From positions 6,869 through 70,868 of the forward strand of contig CAJXQU010000012.1 of the NCBI GenBank assembly GCA_913058255.1: a stretch of DNA of 64,000 nt, written 5' to 3'. Position numbers and translations under genes: made by a program. Each line of letters starts with the position of its first letter. Position 1 is the stretch's first letter. The notes beneath the pieces are model-generated. The model searched no databases. It worked only from the letters and a program-made list of their open reading frames with translations, and was not told the DNA's origin. This DNA comes from an uncultured Pseudomonadota bacterium. GTDB lineage: Bacteria; Pseudomonadota; Gammaproteobacteria; CAJXQU01. This document shows positions 10,978 to 20,983 of this stretch, in pieces.

Positions 10978-12864
10978 ATGCTTAATTTCTCAAACGTAAC
11001 CCTACGACGCGGTAAACGCATCCTCTTTGAGGAAGTCAGTATGATGTTACATCCCGGTTGGAAAACGGGCATAACCGGCGCTAATGGTACCGGTAAATCC
11101 AGTTTGTTTGGCTTGGTTCTTAATAGTCTACAACATGATGCCGGTGAATTTAGTCTACCTTCCCAATGGATTATCGCCCATGTAGCACAAGAAACACCGG
11201 CATTAGAAACCTCCGCACTCGACTATGCTCTTGATGGTGATGTTGAGTTACGTCAATTAGAGAAACGTTTGCTGGCAGCTGAGTCCGTTGATGATGGAAC
11301 AAAACTGGCCGAATTACATGAACAATTTCACACCATTGATGGCTATACAGCAAAAAGTCGAGCCGCCCGACTGCTTCATGGTTTAGGATTTACCACAGAA
11401 CAACATGACCAACCAGTCAAATCATTCTCCGGTGGTTGGCGTATGCGGTTGAATCTAGCCCAAGCACTCATGTGCCGCTCTGATCTCTTACTACTTGATG
11501 AGCCCACTAACCATTTAGACTTAGAGGCTGTATTTTGGTTAGAAGACTGGTTACAGAGTTATCCCGGAAGTTTATTATTGATCTCTCATGATCGAGATTT
11601 TCTTGATCGAATTACTGATCATATTGCACATATAGAGCATCAACATATCAAGCTCTACACAGGTAACTATTCCAGCTTTGAAATGGCGCGTGCTGAACAA
11701 CTAGCCCAACAATCAATCGCATTTTCGCGTCAACAAAAAGAAATAGCACACATTCAAAGTTTTGTTGATCGGTTTCGTGCCCAAGCCACAAAAGCTCGAC
11801 AAGCACAAAGTCGAATTAAGGCCCTAGAACGTATGTCGAAAATTGCGCCAGCACATGTGGATTCGCAATTTCATTTTAATTTTAAGTCTCCAGAAAAGCT
11901 GCCTGATAACCTCTTGAAATTAGAAAATTCTAGCGTTGGCTATGACGATAAAATAATTATTTCTAACATTGACCTCACTCTATCTCCCGGTGATCGTATC
12001 GGATTACTTGGCCCTAATGGTGCGGGCAAATCAACACTGATCAAATTAATGGCCGGTGAACTGAAAAGTAAACACGGTAAAAGAAGCGAGGCTAAAGATT
12101 TAAAGTTAGGCTATTTTGCTCAACATCAATTAGAACAACTTGATGACGATGCAACACCCTTAGTTCATCTACAAAGACTTGATAAGTATGCGACCGAGAA
12201 AGAACTACGCATGCATCTTGGGCATTTTGGGTTCCAAGGTGAATCAGCTCTTGACCCTGTCGGCCCACTTTCTGGTGGCGAAAAGGCTCGCTTGGTTTTA
12301 TCCCTCATCGTCTACCAACGCCCTTCTCTTTTATTACTTGACGAACCGACCAATCATCTTGATATAGAAATGCGTCACGCATTGATCATGGCATTACAAG
12401 GTTATGAAGGCGCGATGGTGATCATTTCACATGACCGTCATTTGTTACGTACTGCAACTGACAAATTACTACTCGTTAATGCTGGAAAAATGACTGAGTT
12501 CGATGGTGACCTCGATAACTATAAAGTTGCATTAAAAACAGCATCTGATCAAGATGATTCGAATGATTCTTCACAACCTAAAATGGGTTCAAAAAAAGAT
12601 CAACGTCGTATAGATGCTGAACAAAGAAAGTTATTACAACCTATCAAAAATAAAATAAAAAAAATCGAACGTGAAATTGAAAAAATACAATTAGAGAAAG
12701 ATAAAAACCATACCGCACTTTCTGAAGCGGATATCTATGATGCCGTTAATAAAGAAAAATTAAATGCACTACTAGTCAAGCAGGGAGAACTTTCTCAATG
12801 CTTAGATGAAACTGAGCAACTATGGCTAGAATTACAAGAAGAATTAGAGAATCAAGAAGAATAA
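10978..12864 (+). CDS. yheS: ABC-F family ATPase (YheS-like)
   Basis: Two ABC cassettes (GANGTGKS, FSGGWRMR, LLLDEPTNHLD; GPNGAGKST, LSGGEKAR), no TM segments, C-terminal coiled coil. Confidence 0.9.
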   Translation: MLNFSNVTLRRGKRILFEEVSMMLHPGWKTGITGANGTGKSSLFGLVLNSLQHDAGEFSLPSQWIIAHVAQETPALETSALDYALDGDVELRQLEKRLLAAESVDDGTKLAELHEQFHTIDGYTAKSRAARLLHGLGFTTEQHDQPVKSFSGGWRMRLNLAQALMCRSDLLLLDEPTNHLDLEAVFWLEDWLQSYPGSLLLISHDRDFLDRITDHIAHIEHQHIKLYTGNYSSFEMARAEQLAQQSIAFSRQQKEIAHIQSFVDRFRAQATKARQAQSRIKALERMSKIAPAHVDSQFHFNFKSPEKLPDNLLKLENSSVGYDDKIIISNIDLTLSPGDRIGLLGPNGAGKSTLIKLMAGELKSKHGKRSEAKDLKLGYFAQHQLEQLDDDATPLVHLQRLDKYATEKELRMHLGHFGFQGESALDPVGPLSGGEKARLVLSLIVYQRPSLLLLDEPTNHLDIEMRHALIMALQGYEGAMVIISHDRHLLRTATDKLLLVNAGKMTEFDGDLDNYKVALKTASDQDDSNDSSQPKMGSKKDQRRIDAEQRKLLQPIKNKIKKIEREIEKIQLEKDKNHTALSEADIYDAVNKEKLNALLVKQGELSQCLDETEQLWLELQEELENQEE

Positions 12865-12867
12865 AAT

Positions 12868-13713
12868 ATGAATAGTAAATTCTTAAATATAGACCTCCAC
12901 ATGCACTCCACAGCCTCTGATGGAATGTTGTCGCCCACCGAATTAGTCAACTTATGTTCTGAGAATAAAGTTCAAGTCATGGCATTAACTGATCACGATA
13001 CAACAGAGGGTCTGGATGAAGCGAAAGTCGCTGCTGAAGAAAAAGGTATTCAGTTAATTGCCGGCGTTGAATTTTCAGCATCTTGGGAGAATAAAGTATT
13101 ACATATCATTGGCTTAAATCTTGATACTGAAAACTCTAATTTAATCGATGCTTTAAATGCATTAAAACAACAACGTTTAAATCGTGCGGAAAGAATCGCT
13201 AAAAAACTAGAGGGAGCAGGAATTCCAAATGCTCTGGAAGGTGCAAAAAAATACGCTAATGGCGGATTGATAGCACGTCCTCATTTTGCACAATTCCTGA
13301 TTGCGGAAGGTCATGTAAAAACAGCTCAAGATGCTTTTAAAAAATACTTAGCTCATAATAAAAAAGCCTATGTATCAACAGAATGGCCAACGATGGAAGC
13401 TGTTTTAAATACTATAAAGGACGCTGAAGGTGTTGCTGTGCTAGCTCACCCGCTGCGTTATAAGTTCACAGCTTCTTGGAAACGTCGGTTATTCTCTAGT
13501 TTTAAAGAAGCTGGCGGTCAAGGTATGGAAGTTGTTTGTGGTTACTATACACCGACAGAAATTGAAATGAGTATAGGTTATGCTTTGAAATATGATTTGA
13601 TGGGTTCCGTCGGTTCTGACTATCATGGCTATTCAAAACATAGTAGCCACCCTGGAATATTTCCTCCTTTGCCAACATCTATTACTCCGATATGGTCACT
13701 TTTACCGGTTTAG
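12868..13713 (+). CDS. PHP-domain phosphoesterase (YciV/TrpH/RNase AM-like)
   Basis: DLHMHSTASDG, ALTDHDT, RPHFA, VLAHP and GSDYHG motifs. Confidence 0.9.
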   Translation: MNSKFLNIDLHMHSTASDGMLSPTELVNLCSENKVQVMALTDHDTTEGLDEAKVAAEEKGIQLIAGVEFSASWENKVLHIIGLNLDTENSNLIDALNALKQQRLNRAERIAKKLEGAGIPNALEGAKKYANGGLIARPHFAQFLIAEGHVKTAQDAFKKYLAHNKKAYVSTEWPTMEAVLNTIKDAEGVAVLAHPLRYKFTASWKRRLFSSFKEAGGQGMEVVCGYYTPTEIEMSIGYALKYDLMGSVGSDYHGYSKHSSHPGIFPPLPTSITPIWSLLPV

Positions 13714-13737
13714 TCTGTGCAAAGAAAACACTAAGCC

Positions 13738-14466
13738 ATGCTCTATATTGCCCTTTTTATCACTGGTGCACTTTCATGGTTTATTAGCACCGTTGCTGCG
13801 GGAGGCGCGGCAACTCTTCTAATTCCTATCATAGGTTTTTTACTCGGTGCGCAGTATGTTGCACCCATCATTTCTTTAGCTGCTATTTGTAGTAATCCTG
13901 CCCGAGCTTGGTTATTTCGAGAACATGTCGACTGGAAGGTTATTGCTTATTTGATGCCTGGTAGTTTAGTAGGAGCATTCTTTGGTGCTTGGTCTTTTAG
14001 TTTTCTTGATCCAAAATGGATTCAGGTAGTGCTCGCCTTCTTTTTGATCAGTTATGTTTTTCAATATAAATTTGGCAAGTCAGAACTATCATTCAAAGTA
14101 AAAAAAATCTGGTTCTTTCCTTTAGGTGGACTAATTTCATTTCTCTCCGGTTTAGTCGGTGCTACGGGGCCAATATTAAATCCTTTTATGCTTAATTATG
14201 GTTTAAAAAAAGAACAGCTTGTCGGGACTAAATCGATAAACTCTCTCGCCATGCAATTAACAAAACTAACAACCTATACTCTTTTTGGTGTGATCAGTTT
14301 AGAAGTCGTTCAGTATGGAATTTTACTTGGCCTTGGTGCTGTTGTAGGTGTGTTTATTGCCCGCAAACATTTATTCAATATTGCTCACGAGCGCTTTCAA
14401 TTTTACACCATGATTATGATGCTAGTCGCTGGGGTTTTAATGCTGGCTAAACTCTTTATTAATTAA
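13738..14466 (+). CDS. Sulfite exporter TauE/SafE family membrane protein
   Basis: 242 aa hydrophobic protein with two internal repeats (STVAAGGAATLLIP / SGLVGATGPILNP). Confidence 0.8.
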   Translation: MLYIALFITGALSWFISTVAAGGAATLLIPIIGFLLGAQYVAPIISLAAICSNPARAWLFREHVDWKVIAYLMPGSLVGAFFGAWSFSFLDPKWIQVVLAFFLISYVFQYKFGKSELSFKVKKIWFFPLGGLISFLSGLVGATGPILNPFMLNYGLKKEQLVGTKSINSLAMQLTKLTTYTLFGVISLEVVQYGILLGLGAVVGVFIARKHLFNIAHERFQFYTMIMMLVAGVLMLAKLFIN

Positions 14467-15970
14467 TTATTTTTTTGCGCCGAAACATAATAAAACCACT
14501 CAGAGCACTGCCGAATAACCAGACAGCTGCTGGAACAGGCACAGCAGACGTTTGCCAAGCTAAGGCATAATCAGTATCAAAATTTCCGTTAGAGCTCACA
14601 TCAATACGGTAGTCTCCAGCAAGGAGTTGAAGCCATATATTTTCACTGTTATTGATCAGGCTATTTGAGTTTGCAACTTCGTCAAAATTAATCCCATTAA
14701 AAATAGATAAAGAAAGGTTGATATCAAATAATTCACCGACAGAGCTAGTAAACGTTTCATCATCACTAACATCAAAAACAATATTCCAAACTAATGAGGC
14801 AGAAAACCAAACATCCTCATTATTTGTAAACGAGTAGGAGGCAATATCATCGCTGCCGTTTAGACCTCCAAAAGAATTATCGTAATCAAAACCCGTTGAT
14901 AGTACCGTTCCAGCATCTTGCTCACCGGCTTCTAAAATATGGTAACTATTTTGAACATTTAGTTGTCCTGCTCCATATCGTCTGTCGAGGCCATTTGTGG
15001 TCTGGTTTCCAACACTGCGATAATTCGTAATGTCTGCAGTAATCGCAGTATTTGAAGTGACTCGAGTCGCGCCAGCCATCAGTGATGCCTTGATCACTTC
15101 TGAGGTTTCAGCATGATAGATCATGTCATTATTTCTGTTCGTCAAAACGCCATTCGACTTACTCAGCCCCTGATCATGAGCATAACCAACCAGTAAGGCG
15201 GCCGCAGACGCAACTCTTGGTGTCGCTGCACTGGTCGTTGTCTCTGGAACAACGATATCAACACCACTTCTATTCGTTGCATTGTAAAGACCTGTACTCG
15301 GATTAACATCAACTGTTCCAATAGGGTGATTACCATCTGTTCGGCCAACGGCGATCGTGTTGTAAGCATTAGAAATTAACTCACGATTAGTCGTTCCGTT
15401 ATTGAAAGCTGTGATTAAGATATGATCATCTTTATCCGCAAGATAATCGACACGTTGTAAAATTCCGAGACTCAATATACCTGTATTTCCAACATAGCTA
15501 TGAGAAGAGATCCGTGTAAATGATGTTTGGGGCGCGATAGTACTCGCAATACTATCGGTGCTGGAATTCAAATAACCATTGAACAACCAATGTCCTGCTG
15601 CGTAGACAGTTCTATTTGAAATATTCGGAGCGGAAGATAGACTTCCATAAAAATTATTTGCAGAACCCGTAGCATGGCCAGAAAAATCAGTAGAAAATCC
15701 AAGTCCAGCAGACTCGTCTGTATAGCTTCCGACCGAACTATCGGGCAAGTAGAGACAGTTATCTAAATGAGTGTCGTTGCAACCCGTACCGATAAAAGCC
15801 TCAACAAGGCTTACGTTAACGCCGGTGCCTGTCGGCAAGTTTGCCCCCAGTTCTGACTGTAGAGCTGTGAAGGAAATATCATCTAAAACTACGGCCTGAC
15901 TCGCTAGTGGTAAAGCGATAGCTAAGCTAAAAGCCGAGAGATGTAAGTAACTAATTTGACGGATTATCAA
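14459..15970 (-). CDS. Secreted S8 (subtilisin-like) peptidase with VPLPA-CTERM / PEP-CTERM-type sorting signal
   Basis: Signal peptide ending ASQA; GTGVNVSLVE, SGHATG, TAFNNG, NTIAVG, DIVVP-TTSAATPRVASAAALL and YGAGQLN subtilase motifs; C-terminus VPVPAAVWLFGSALSGFIMFRRKK. Confidence 0.8.
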   Translation of the reverse strand: MIIRQISYLHLSAFSLAIALPLASQAVVLDDISFTALQSELGANLPTGTGVNVSLVEAFIGTGCNDTHLDNCLYLPDSSVGSYTDESAGLGFSTDFSGHATGSANNFYGSLSSAPNISNRTVYAAGHWLFNGYLNSSTDSIASTIAPQTSFTRISSHSYVGNTGILSLGILQRVDYLADKDDHILITAFNNGTTNRELISNAYNTIAVGRTDGNHPIGTVDVNPSTGLYNATNRSGVDIVVPETTTSAATPRVASAAALLVGYAHDQGLSKSNGVLTNRNNDMIYHAETSEVIKASLMAGATRVTSNTAITADITNYRSVGNQTTNGLDRRYGAGQLNVQNSYHILEAGEQDAGTVLSTGFDYDNSFGGLNGSDDIASYSFTNNEDVWFSASLVWNIVFDVSDDETFTSSVGELFDINLSLSIFNGINFDEVANSNSLINNSENIWLQLLAGDYRIDVSSNGNFDTDYALAWQTSAVPVPAAVWLFGSALSGFIMFRRKKIIN

Positions 15971-16015
15971 AGCAAAGATCTCAATTTAAAAATAAAGCTC
16001 CTTGCTAAAAAACAG

Positions 16016-16031
16016 AGCAATAATTCATCCC
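16016..16031 (-). promoter_or_regulatory. Possible sigma54 (-24/-12) promoter for the PEP-CTERM subtilase
   Basis: Minus strand GGGATGAATTATTGCT has exact GG-N10-GC spacing and TTGCT at -12, 46 bp upstream of the start codon; the -24 box is imperfect. Confidence 0.4.
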
Positions 16032-16183
16032 GTTAATTTTATAAACTGAGTCTATAAAAATAAATCAATGAAGCTATAGCTTGGTGTTTTGCTCCCTGCA
16101 ATTTCTATGTCGGAATATAACGTTGTTTGTTAAGTCTGACAAATTTATGATTCAATTATTTATAGGCTTAAAATATCAATGTT

Positions 16184-18298
16184 CTAAATAGAAGCTTGGA
16201 CACAACGAAGGATCCCGTAATCATATTCTTCATCGAGATCTTCAAAGACCGGTTTCAGGCGACCTTTTTCATCATCTGTAAATGATTCTATAGAAAAAAC
16301 GATCTCGTCATATTCACTTTCATCTAAATCGAGAACATTTTTTACTTCCAACAAACCTACTTCAATAGCATCCGCTAGATGCGTGTAGATTGTCGTTGGT
16401 TTAACCTCACGTTGTTGTGCGATATTTTCGATACTTATCCCTTCCTTATAGAGCATCAATGTTTCATTAACCGTTGCGCTCAAGTGATTATTTAACAACT
16501 CATCCAAAGGGTGTTTAGCAATTTCATTGATAAATTTTTGCCCATAACGAGCAAGCTTTTGTTCTCCGACACCCGAGATACGACGCATATCATTACTGCT
16601 TGTGGGCCTTTGTTTAACCATTTCCAATAAACTTGAGTCATGAAAAATAACGAATGGCGGTACACCTGCTTCTTCTGATAAGTCGAGCCGCAATGCTCGT
16701 AATGCCTCCCACAAGTCTTGATCTTGCGGTCGAACCGGCGATTTTTGCTTTTTCTCTTTCGTCTGTTTTTCTTCTTTTGTTATCTTTCGCAGATCAATTT
16801 GCTGCTCGCCACGCAAAATAGGCCGACACTTTTCTGTTAGCCGTAAAGCGCCATGCCGATCCATATCAATGTCGATGTAACCCAAAGCGATCAGTTGTCG
16901 GAAGATGCTACGCCACTCAGTATTTGTATGTTCTTTGCCGATAGCAAATGTACTGATCTTGTCATGGCCATTCTGTTGAATACGATCACCCGATTTTCCA
17001 AGCAAAATATCAACAACATAATTCACACCAAACCGTTGCTCAGTTCGATAAATACTCGACAATGCTTTTTGTGCAGCCTCTGAACCATCCCATTTTTCAG
17101 GGGGATTATTACAATTATCACAGCCCTCACATTGCTCATCAGAGCTTTCATCAAAGTAGGTTAGCAAAGCATGGCGGCGACATGTAATCAGCTCGCATAG
17201 ACCAAGCATCGATTCAAGCTTATGATGTTCAACGCGTTTTTGCATCTCACCAGCGCGGGAGTCCTGCATAAACTGCCTCAATGTGATCACGTCTTGTAGG
17301 CCATAGGCCATCCAAGCATGTGCAGTCTGTCCATCACGACCTGCACGCCCTGTTTCTTGATAATACGCTTCAATACTTTTCGGTAGGTTTAGGTGAGCAA
17401 CAAAACGAACGTCAGGCTTATCAATCCCCATCCCAAAAGCAATAGTCGCGACGATAATGACTCCTTCTTCACGTAAAAATCGCTGTTGATTTTTTTGTCG
17501 AACCTCTTGCTTAAGACCTGCATGATAAGGCAAAGCTAAACGCCCTTGATCAGACAGCCACTCAGCAATCGCTTCAACTTTTTTACGTGACAGACAATAA
17601 ACAATCCCAGCATCATCTGGATATTTATCTTCAAGAAAGCGCCATAAACGTTGCCTAGGGTTATTACCCTCAGAAATTGAATAATGAATATTAGGTCGAT
17701 CAAAACTATTGATATAGACACCAGCATTTTCTAACTGTAGCTGGGCAATAATCTCATCACGAGTACGTTGATCTGCGGTTGCTGTTAAAGCAATTCTCGG
17801 TATCGTGGGAAAGCGTTCGTGTAGAGTACTAAGCCGTTGATACTCCGGTCTAAAATCATGTCCCCATTGCGATACACAATGCGCTTCATCAATAGCAAAT
17901 AAGGATAACTGGGTACGATCCAATAACGATAGCATTTGCTCCGTCAACAATCTTTCAGGTGCCACATAAAGTAATTCTAGTTCACCATTGATCAGCTGTT
18001 GCTCTACACTTTTAGCCTCACTGAGACCTAATGTCGAATTTAAATAAGCCGCTTTAATTCCTAACTCCCTCAATGCATCTACTTGATCCTGCATCAACGC
18101 GATCAAGGGAGAAATAACAATTGCTGTTCCAGAACGTACGAGCGCAGGAATTTGAAAACAGAGTGACTTACCACCACCTGTCGGCATTAAGACTAAAGCA
18201 TCATTACCATCTAATAGTTCTTGGATGACGGCTTGTTGTGAGTGGCGAAACTGATCGTATCCAAACGTTGTTTTGAGAATTTCTTGGGCGCGTTGCAT
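16184..18298 (-). CDS. recQ: ATP-dependent DNA helicase RecQ
   Basis: [39 protein letters not shown], Zn-binding CRR...CDNC, RQC and HRDC domains, plus a C-terminal HTH extension. Confidence 0.97.
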   Translation of the reverse strand: MQRAQEILKTTFGYDQFRHSQQAVIQELLDGNDALVLMPTGGGKSLCFQIPALVRSGTAIVISPLIALMQDQVDALRELGIKAAYLNSTLGLSEAKSVEQQLINGELELLYVAPERLLTEQMLSLLDRTQLSLFAIDEAHCVSQWGHDFRPEYQRLSTLHERFPTIPRIALTATADQRTRDEIIAQLQLENAGVYINSFDRPNIHYSISEGNNPRQRLWRFLEDKYPDDAGIVYCLSRKKVEAIAEWLSDQGRLALPYHAGLKQEVRQKNQQRFLREEGVIIVATIAFGMGIDKPDVRFVAHLNLPKSIEAYYQETGRAGRDGQTAHAWMAYGLQDVITLRQFMQDSRAGEMQKRVEHHKLESMLGLCELITCRRHALLTYFDESSDEQCEGCDNCNNPPEKWDGSEAAQKALSSIYRTEQRFGVNYVVDILLGKSGDRIQQNGHDKISTFAIGKEHTNTEWRSIFRQLIALGYIDIDMDRHGALRLTEKCRPILRGEQQIDLRKITKEEKQTKEKKQKSPVRPQDQDLWEALRALRLDLSEEAGVPPFVIFHDSSLLEMVKQRPTSSNDMRRISGVGEQKLARYGQKFINEIAKHPLDELLNNHLSATVNETLMLYKEGISIENIAQQREVKPTTIYTHLADAIEVGLLEVKNVLDLDESEYDEIVFSIESFTDDEKGRLKPVFEDLDEEYDYGILRCVQASI

Positions 18299-18440
18299 GC
18301 CGATTGCTTGTCCTGAAGGTTTGTACTAAAAACATTGAGTATGACGCAAATAACAGCTCTTCGCATCAGGCTTAATCATATTCCTTTATCGATCTTATTT
18401 TGACTATGATGAAAAGACTTCTTCTGTTTAAATAGTGCTT

Positions 18441-18839
18441 ATGGAAAAATCTGAAGAGAAGAAAACACCCTATGAAATACTGGGTGGAGAAGACGAATTA
18501 CGTGCCCTCGTCGATCGATTTTATGGCCACATGGATTCACTCGAAGAGACCAAACCGATCAGAGATTTACACCCGAAGGATTTGCGTAGCTCTCGAGAGA
18601 AACTATTTATGTTTTTAAGCGGTTGGTTAGGTGGGCCAGATCGCTATATTACCGCCTTTGGTCATCCGCGATTACGCGCTCGTCACCTGCCATTTGCTAT
18701 CGGCACTAAAGAAAGAGATCAGTGGATGCACTGTATGAAATTAGCATTTGAAGAATTAGATCTTGAAGATGAGCTTAAGCAACACTTATTATCCACGCTT
18801 GATCAAACGGCTACGCACATGATCAATCAAACGGAATAA
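18441..18839 (+). CDS. Group II truncated hemoglobin (trHbO)
   Basis: TPYEILGG, LVDRFY (TyrB10), FLSGWLGGP, GHPRLRARHLPF (proximal His), RDQW (TrpG8). ATG at 18441 preferred over the GTG at 18435. Confidence 0.92.
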   Translation: MEKSEEKKTPYEILGGEDELRALVDRFYGHMDSLEETKPIRDLHPKDLRSSREKLFMFLSGWLGGPDRYITAFGHPRLRARHLPFAIGTKERDQWMHCMKLAFEELDLEDELKQHLLSTLDQTATHMINQTE

Positions 18840-18851
18840 ATAATGGTTTAG

Positions 18852-19835
18852 TCAATGCTGTCGAGGCTTCGATGGCACTGTCTTGATCAGTTTCTGCGCT
18901 TGTCCAACCCAATTTTCACGCTTAATACTACCTTCAAAATCAAGCATTTTATCGATTCGTTCAATATCACTGTCATCCCACGTCGCTATATCTCTAAAGC
19001 GTGTAATACCGATTTCATTGAGTTTTTCTTCAAAGAGTTGCTCAAGACCACCAATCTGTTGCAAATCATCTGCTTGCATTTCAGCAATATTGATAAAGTT
19101 TGAATGTTTTTTATCGATAGTGATAGAACCCTTTAAATTCTCAATTTCCTGATCTTTCTGCTCAACCTCATCAAATAATTCTTGCACTCGACTTTGCAAC
19201 CGAGCAATTCTTGAAATCGCCAATTCTGGTTCTGTGGTGCCACTCAGAGCAGCCATTTGTAGGCCTTCACTAGAGACAGAGCCTGACTCAAGTTCAGCTA
19301 TACGTTTGTCTTTATTAACAAGTTCTAGTCTGGCGCGTTCAAACGCTGAACGTAAAATACCGCTTTGTTCAACAATATCATCCAGATCAGATTGAAAAAC
19401 GGAAAGTCGGTTTTTGATAGATCCAAAGTCACGCAACATTTTACGGCTTTCTTGAGACTGTTGCTCAAGCTTATTCTCTGCTTGATGGGCTTGATGGTTT
19501 GCTTTTTCGAGTGCTAGGTTAAGATCCATGACCTGTTGCTTTCTTTCATCAAACTTACTCTGCGAAAGCGATAAATTAGACTGTAGCTTTTCCAGCTCAA
19601 GTGTACTTGCAGATTCTCTACTACGTTCTTCCTCTAAGGCTTTCGAGCTACTATCAAGCTGCTCTTGTGTCATGTCCAACTTTTTTGTCACTCCATGAAG
19701 CTGGCTCAATAGGACAACTTCGGCATCCTCAACTTTGCGAAGATAGCTGGAGCGTGTAAATAAACAGCCCACAACAACACCAAGCGCTGCAACACCAAGC
19801 AGATATATCAGCATTTCGCCCATCAGATAACTCAT
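18852..19835 (-). CDS. Membrane-anchored coiled-coil protein with C-terminal helix-hairpin-helix (COG3743-like) domain
   Basis: N-terminal TM helix, long coiled coil, C-terminal DDLQQIGGLEQLFEEKLNEIGITRFRDIATW...RENWVGQA. Confidence 0.75.
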   Translation of the reverse strand: MSYLMGEMLIYLLGVAALGVVVGCLFTRSSYLRKVEDAEVVLLSQLHGVTKKLDMTQEQLDSSSKALEEERSRESASTLELEKLQSNLSLSQSKFDERKQQVMDLNLALEKANHQAHQAENKLEQQSQESRKMLRDFGSIKNRLSVFQSDLDDIVEQSGILRSAFERARLELVNKDKRIAELESGSVSSEGLQMAALSGTTEPELAISRIARLQSRVQELFDEVEQKDQEIENLKGSITIDKKHSNFINIAEMQADDLQQIGGLEQLFEEKLNEIGITRFRDIATWDDSDIERIDKMLDFEGSIKRENWVGQAQKLIKTVPSKPRQH

Positions 19836-19846
19836 AAACCCGTCCC

Positions 19847-20614
19847 CTAATTAGCTCCCATTTGGAGCCTATTTTCTATTTGAAATTGTGTTGGAATATT
19901 TATAATCGCCACTTCAATGGCTTTCCATGAATGTTTATTCAGCACCATCCCTTCAATAAAGATCCGGTTCCCTTCATATTTGAGCTTCCCCTCATCAACC
20001 CACTGTATAAATGGGATGAACAAAGGAAGGTCTTGTAAATACCAGTCAGGTGTATCGTCTAATTGATTGACAGACACATCGAACAAATGTTCAGGGACAT
20101 CAACTAATTGTCCAATTATTGTATGGACCTCATGCTTAATTTGATTATTAGGTACTTTGCCGTTGACTTCAACACTCTGTTTTACTTTTGTAATAGATAA
20201 CTCAGAAACCGCTTGTGGTACTTTTTTTAACGGCCAAGCTGTAACTTCAGGATGAATAACCTGAAGATAAGCTGTTCGATCAGTATTGGCTTGCGCAAAC
20301 AAGCCTTTATCTTGATGATCTTGCTTAGGCTCTATGCGCTCTTTACCTATCATTCTGCTAGCGACTACAAGTGCCTCAACTTGCTGGATCCCAGAAATAT
20401 TGCTAACTAAAGACTTAGCAGGAGGCAATAGCCTCTCAGGTCCAGACAATAAAACGTTTCTACCATCAAGCTGGACACGCACTTCAGATAAATCTTCATC
20501 CGCAAGTGCCAGTACGACTTTACCATGTAGCCTCTGCTCTATTTCAAGAGGTTCAGTATCAATTCCTGCAGCAATTACGAAAAGTAAAAGCAGGAGTGCA
20601 AACCATCGTGCCAA
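19847..20614 (-). CDS. BON-domain-like exported protein (ArfA/Rv0899-like, no OmpA C-terminal domain)
   Basis: Signal/TM N-terminus; VRVQLDGRNVLLSG...ISGIQQVE BON-like motif; VEVNGKVP and IFIEGMV repeats; IENRLQ end. Confidence 0.6.
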   Translation of the reverse strand: MARWFALLLLLFVIAAGIDTEPLEIEQRLHGKVVLALADEDLSEVRVQLDGRNVLLSGPERLLPPAKSLVSNISGIQQVEALVVASRMIGKERIEPKQDHQDKGLFAQANTDRTAYLQVIHPEVTAWPLKKVPQAVSELSITKVKQSVEVNGKVPNNQIKHEVHTIIGQLVDVPEHLFDVSVNQLDDTPDWYLQDLPLFIPFIQWVDEGKLKYEGNRIFIEGMVLNKHSWKAIEVAIINIPTQFQIENRLQMGAN

Positions 20615-20725
20615 TTTATATACCTGCGCCTGTTGTTAGATCATATTAATAACGGAATTTTGTCACAGAGCGCATAGTTGTAATAGGGGTGTAATAGAAC
20701 TTAACATTTCATTCAGCTTGCAAGC

Positions 20726-20926
20726 TTAAATCCCTAGGGTAACTGATATGACCTTTTTTACTGCAAAACCAAATATTCCAAGCCCAAGCCCACCAAAAAG
20801 AATAAATGATCCAAATTTCCCAGCTTGAGATTCCTCAGCAAGCTTATAAATAATGTACAACATATACAGGCAAAGACCGGTGATACAAACGGTGAGTGAA
20901 ATCTCTTCAAACAATTCTATATCCAT
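20726..20926 (-). CDS. DUF2788 family small membrane protein
   Basis: 66 aa, two TM helices, family motif LYMLYIIYKLAEESQAGKFG. Confidence 0.85.
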   Translation of the reverse strand: MDIELFEEISLTVCITGLCLYMLYIIYKLAEESQAGKFGSFILFGGLGLGIFGFAVKKVISVTLGI

Positions 20927-20947
20927 ACATAAATCTCAAATGTGTAG

Positions 20948-20976
20948 TTGACAGTTTTTAATGTCTGCCCTAAAGT
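20948..20976 (+). promoter_or_regulatory. Sigma70 promoter for the riboswitch-btuB transcript
   Basis: TTGACA (20948-20953), 17-bp spacer, TAAAGT (20971-20976); the predicted start at about 20983 coincides with the riboswitch 5' end. Confidence 0.8.
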
Positions 20977-20983
20977 CTGTCCT

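Noticed and set aside
20597..20613. Sigma54-like TGGCACGATGGTTTGCA on the minus strand
   Set aside because: Spacing is GG-N11-GC rather than the obligatory N10, and it coincides with the first codons (MARWFA) of the BON gene.
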